Of a stretch of 10,664 bases of DNA, positions 7,971-10,664 are shown one piece after another. Positions within the stretch are counted from its first letter, which is position 1. Each line of letters begins with the position of its first letter. The DNA lies in assembly GCA_002729175.1 (NCBI GenBank), contig PBTS01000046.1, positions 13,768-24,431 of the forward strand. The letters run 5' to 3'. The DNA comes from Fidelibacterota bacterium (GTDB lineage Bacteria; Fidelibacterota; Marinisomatia; Marinisomatales; S15-B10). The position numbers and the translations under genes were made by a program. Below the pieces are notes generated by a model. The model made no database searches. It saw nothing but the letters and a program-made list of their open reading frames with translations, and had not been told where the DNA came from.

Positions 7971-9614
7971 ATGATGAAAAAAATCATAGCTATCCAAATT
8001 ATGCTGCTCGTGCTGGGGACTATCATTTCCTGCAATAAAAGCAGTGATGTGAGTATCATGAACAGTCACTCCAGTCTTGTGGAGCTATACCATGATTGGC
8101 GTGCCTTTCAAGGAGATCTATTTACAGACGGAGTTCCCGATTACGGTGATGGTCGGATGAAAAAGCAGTATGATGAGTTTCCTGTATATAAGAACCGGTT
8201 GGCTAATTTTGATACCACGGGCTGGTCCATTCCCCACCGGATTGATTATCATCTGGTACTGGCCGAAATGAATGGTTTGGATTTTGACCACAGAGTGATC
8301 AAGCCGTGGAAAAGTAGCCCTGCTTTTTATGGCATTGTATGGGATTCCCAGAGTGATACACCAGCTCATGAAGGATCTGTCGCGCATGGCCTTGTAGAAC
8401 TGTGGGAATATGATTATCCCCTGTCTCAAGCTGATGCAGAAAACCTTACTCAGGGGTTACGGACAGTACCCCCATTTCTAGCACAGGCTAAAATTAATCT
8501 CACGGGCAATGCACGCGATCTGTGGCGCGGCGGCATTTATCGGATGAAATCGCAGACCAGAGCATTGACCGACCTTTCAGAGAAAACAGTAGGTACCTCA
8601 GAAGCTTTAACAGCGGTCATTAATGATGCAATAATTGCTACTAATGATTTTGTTGCTTGGTTAGAGAGAGAACTGCCTTCAAAAGAAGGCAAATCAGGAA
8701 TTGGAATCGACAATTATAACTGGTATCTGAAAAATGTTCATTTGGTATCTTACAGTTGGAAAGAGATTGAGACTATGATGCGCCGGGAACTGGTACGGGC
8801 CCACTCTTCCCTGAAACTGGAAGAGCACCGTAATCAAGATCTTCCCCCTTTGATTCCCATGGCAAGTAAAGAAGAGTATGACAAAAAAATACATGCGTCC
8901 GTTACTGAATTTATTTCCCTTTTGGAAGATAGGGATATTGTCACCATGAAAGATTATATGGATCAGGCCCTAAGGGAACGAATCAGTCCTTATAGTCCTA
9001 TTGAACCCAGGGAATTTTTTTCTGAGGTGATATTTCACGACCCAATGGTCATGCGCACCCATTTTTACCACTGGTTCGACCTGGCCCGTATGCGTGACGA
9101 ACCTCATTCAAGCCCAATCAGAAGTAACCCGTTGTTATACAATATCTGGGATAGCCGATCTGAAGGGCTTGCCACTGGAATGGAAGAAATGATGATGCAC
9201 GCGGGGCTGTTTGATCATCACCCCCGGGCAAGAGAATTATTCCATATTCTTTTGGCTCAGCGGGCTGCGCGAGCATTGGGTGATTTGATGATGCATGCCA
9301 ACAAATGGGATATTGATAAGGCAGTGGACTTTACTTCCAGGAACACACCTAGAAACTGGCTTAGACAAGATGGTAGAACAGTGGTTTTTGAGCAGCACCT
9401 GTATCTGCAGCAACCCTCTTATGGGACAACTTATCTTGTAGGAAAGATTCAAATCGAAAGGCTGATGACTGACCGGGCAATACAGTTGGGGGAGGGCTTT
9501 ACTCTAAAAGGATTCATGGATGAAATAAACCAGGTAGGACTCATACCGGCCTCCATGATGTATTGGGAAATGACGGGAGATGATGAACACTTGCATGAAA
9601 TGCTTTATAATTAA
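7971..9614 (+). CDS. DUF885 family lipoprotein (gluzincin-like fold inferred)
   Basis: Signal peptide MMKKIIAIQIMLLVLGTIISC (lipobox Cys 8031-8033) and SD GAGGAG 7962-7967; the start may be ATG 7974. DUF885-like features: RIDYHLV, LRTVPPFLAQAKINL, GIGIDNYNWYL, SEGLATGMEE, RAARALGDLMMH, YLQQPSYGTTYLVGKIQI and LGEGFTLKGFMDE...GLIP. Confidence 0.85.
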   Translation: MMKKIIAIQIMLLVLGTIISCNKSSDVSIMNSHSSLVELYHDWRAFQGDLFTDGVPDYGDGRMKKQYDEFPVYKNRLANFDTTGWSIPHRIDYHLVLAEMNGLDFDHRVIKPWKSSPAFYGIVWDSQSDTPAHEGSVAHGLVELWEYDYPLSQADAENLTQGLRTVPPFLAQAKINLTGNARDLWRGGIYRMKSQTRALTDLSEKTVGTSEALTAVINDAIIATNDFVAWLERELPSKEGKSGIGIDNYNWYLKNVHLVSYSWKEIETMMRRELVRAHSSLKLEEHRNQDLPPLIPMASKEEYDKKIHASVTEFISLLEDRDIVTMKDYMDQALRERISPYSPIEPREFFSEVIFHDPMVMRTHFYHWFDLARMRDEPHSSPIRSNPLLYNIWDSRSEGLATGMEEMMMHAGLFDHHPRARELFHILLAQRAARALGDLMMHANKWDIDKAVDFTSRNTPRNWLRQDGRTVVFEQHLYLQQPSYGTTYLVGKIQIERLMTDRAIQLGEGFTLKGFMDEINQVGLIPASMMYWEMTGDDEHLHEMLYN

Positions 9615-9627
9615 AGACCATATTGCA

Positions 9628-10664
9628 ATGCCGCACTTAAGATACTTCCTTATCAAAATCAGCATCATTTTTTCCATTGTCTTTTCAGATCTTCTCTTTA
9701 GCCAACAAGCTTATCCCGCTGCAAAAACAGGTGGGAACTATATGCATAACTTTTATCTCCCTCCGCCATCACCCACCAGTCCCCGTTGGCCCTCATGGTC
9801 ACCGGATGGGCAATCCCTGGCATTTTCTATGCATGGTTCCATTTGGCGGATGGCACTGGGTGGATCAACAGCCATAGAACTGACAAATAATGCAACATAT
9901 GATTCTTCACCTGCCTGGTCTCCCGATGGTAAATGGATTGCCTATACAACGGAAAAAGATCATGAGACAATGGATCTCATGCTGTTGAATTTGAACACTG
10001 GGAAATCTTTACCGCTAAAAATAGGTGAACATCTTTATCTGGACCCAGCTTGGTCTCCCGATGGTTCACAATTGGCCTACGTATCCACGGAGCCGAATGG
10101 ATATTATAACATCTATGTTCAAAAGATCCGGAAGGGGAAACCTGTCGGAACTGCCCTTCAAGTAACACAAGACAATGCCTATGGAGATAATCGACTCTAC
10201 TTTGGGAATTACGATCTGCATATTGCGCCTACCTGGTCTCCGGATGGAAAAGAAATTCTGTTTATCACTAACCGTGACACACCGCTTGGGTCGGGTGGCA
10301 TTTGGCGTATGCCAGTGGAAAAAAATGGAATTAAAAAAGCAAGACTTATTCATAACGAACAGACGCTCTTTCGTACAAGACCTCACTGGTCACCTGACGG
10401 AACAAGATTTCTTTACAGCTCTCATGTAGGGGGGCAGTTCAATCATTTATATTTGTTGCCGTCTGATGGTGGTGAGCCTTACAAAATTACATTCGGTGAT
10501 TGGGACAATTTTCATCCTCGTTGGTCGCCTGATGGTACAAAGCTTGTTTATTTAAGTAACGAAGAAGGGCTACCTCAGTTGCAAGTAATGGAAACAGTTG
10601 GAGGAAAAACAAAAAAACTGAAAGTAATAACCAAAAAATGGATTGAACCTCGCGGGACCCTTCA
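9628..10664 (+). CDS. Secreted PD40/TolB-like beta-propeller protein, 3'-truncated at the window edge
   Basis: Missing from the ORF track because no stop occurs in the window. Frame 1 from ATG 9628 reads MPHLRYFLIKISIIFSIVFSDLLFSQQAYPAAKTGGNYMHNFYLPPPSPTSPRWPSWSPDG... and stays open to 10664. It has six P-x-WSPDG repeats and an N-terminal signal-peptide-like segment, and ends ...KKWIEPRGTL. Confidence 0.93.
   Translation, partial: MPHLRYFLIKISIIFSIVFSDLLFSQQAYPAAKTGGNYMHNFYLPPPSPTSPRWPSWSPDGQSLAFSMHGSIWRMALGGSTAIELTNNATYDSSPAWSPDGKWIAYTTEKDHETMDLMLLNLNTGKSLPLKIGEHLYLDPAWSPDGSQLAYVSTEPNGYYNIYVQKIRKGKPVGTALQVTQDNAYGDNRLYFGNYDLHIAPTWSPDGKEILFITNRDTPLGSGGIWRMPVEKNGIKKARLIHNEQTLFRTRPHWSPDGTRFLYSSHVGGQFNHLYLLPSDGGEPYKITFGDWDNFHPRWSPDGTKLVYLSNEEGLPQLQVMETVGGKTKKLKVITKKWIEPRGTL
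9796..10536 (+). repeat. Six coding WSPDG (PD40) repeats
   Basis: WSPDG codons at 9796-9810, 9916-9930, 10051-10065, 10234-10248, 10387-10401 and 10522-10536, all in one frame. Copies 2 and 3 are identical at DNA level (TGGTCTCCCGATGGT). Confidence 0.9.

Noticed and set aside
484..10429. Numerous short minus-strand and alternative-frame ORFs in the track (e.g. 1354-1827, 3238-3822, 5897-6280, 9677-9877, 10175-10429)
   Set aside because: They lie wholly or largely over well-supported + strand genes and show no recognisable motifs; they are shadow ORFs.
9796..10536. Recurring TGGTCNCCNGAYGG sequence as a CRISPR-like or non-coding repeat array
   Set aside because: Copies are in frame, vary only at synonymous positions, are 120-183 nt apart and encode WSPDG propeller blades. 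No cas genes are present.
9628..10664. Calling the PD40 protein tolB
   Set aside because: It lacks the TolB N-terminal alpha/beta domain and the tol-pal gene context.

Overview
Bacterial window with eight intact-looking protein genes, all on the + strand. In order: a 5'-truncated single-chain glycine dehydrogenase (gcvP); a Ste24-like M48 membrane metalloprotease; a small Mth938-like protein whose best start is a non-canonical ATA behind its own sigma70-like promoter; a GHL10/DUF187-type glycoside hydrolase lipoprotein; an exported AbgB-like M20 amidohydrolase; a TPR lipoprotein; a DUF885 lipoprotein; and a 3'-truncated secreted six-repeat PD40/TolB-like beta-propeller that the ORF track missed. 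A probable decayed small CxxC gene lies at 5340-5532. The five genes from 4241 onward all look exported, and the DNA after about 5340 appears more AT-rich than gcvP. I saw no rRNA, tRNA, CRISPR array, mobile element or defence system, and no strong evidence for a wholly new system. The best leads are the exported hydrolase cluster, the altered DUF885 metal motif, the ATA start and the gene remnant. All family calls come from motif recognition by eye, not database searches.
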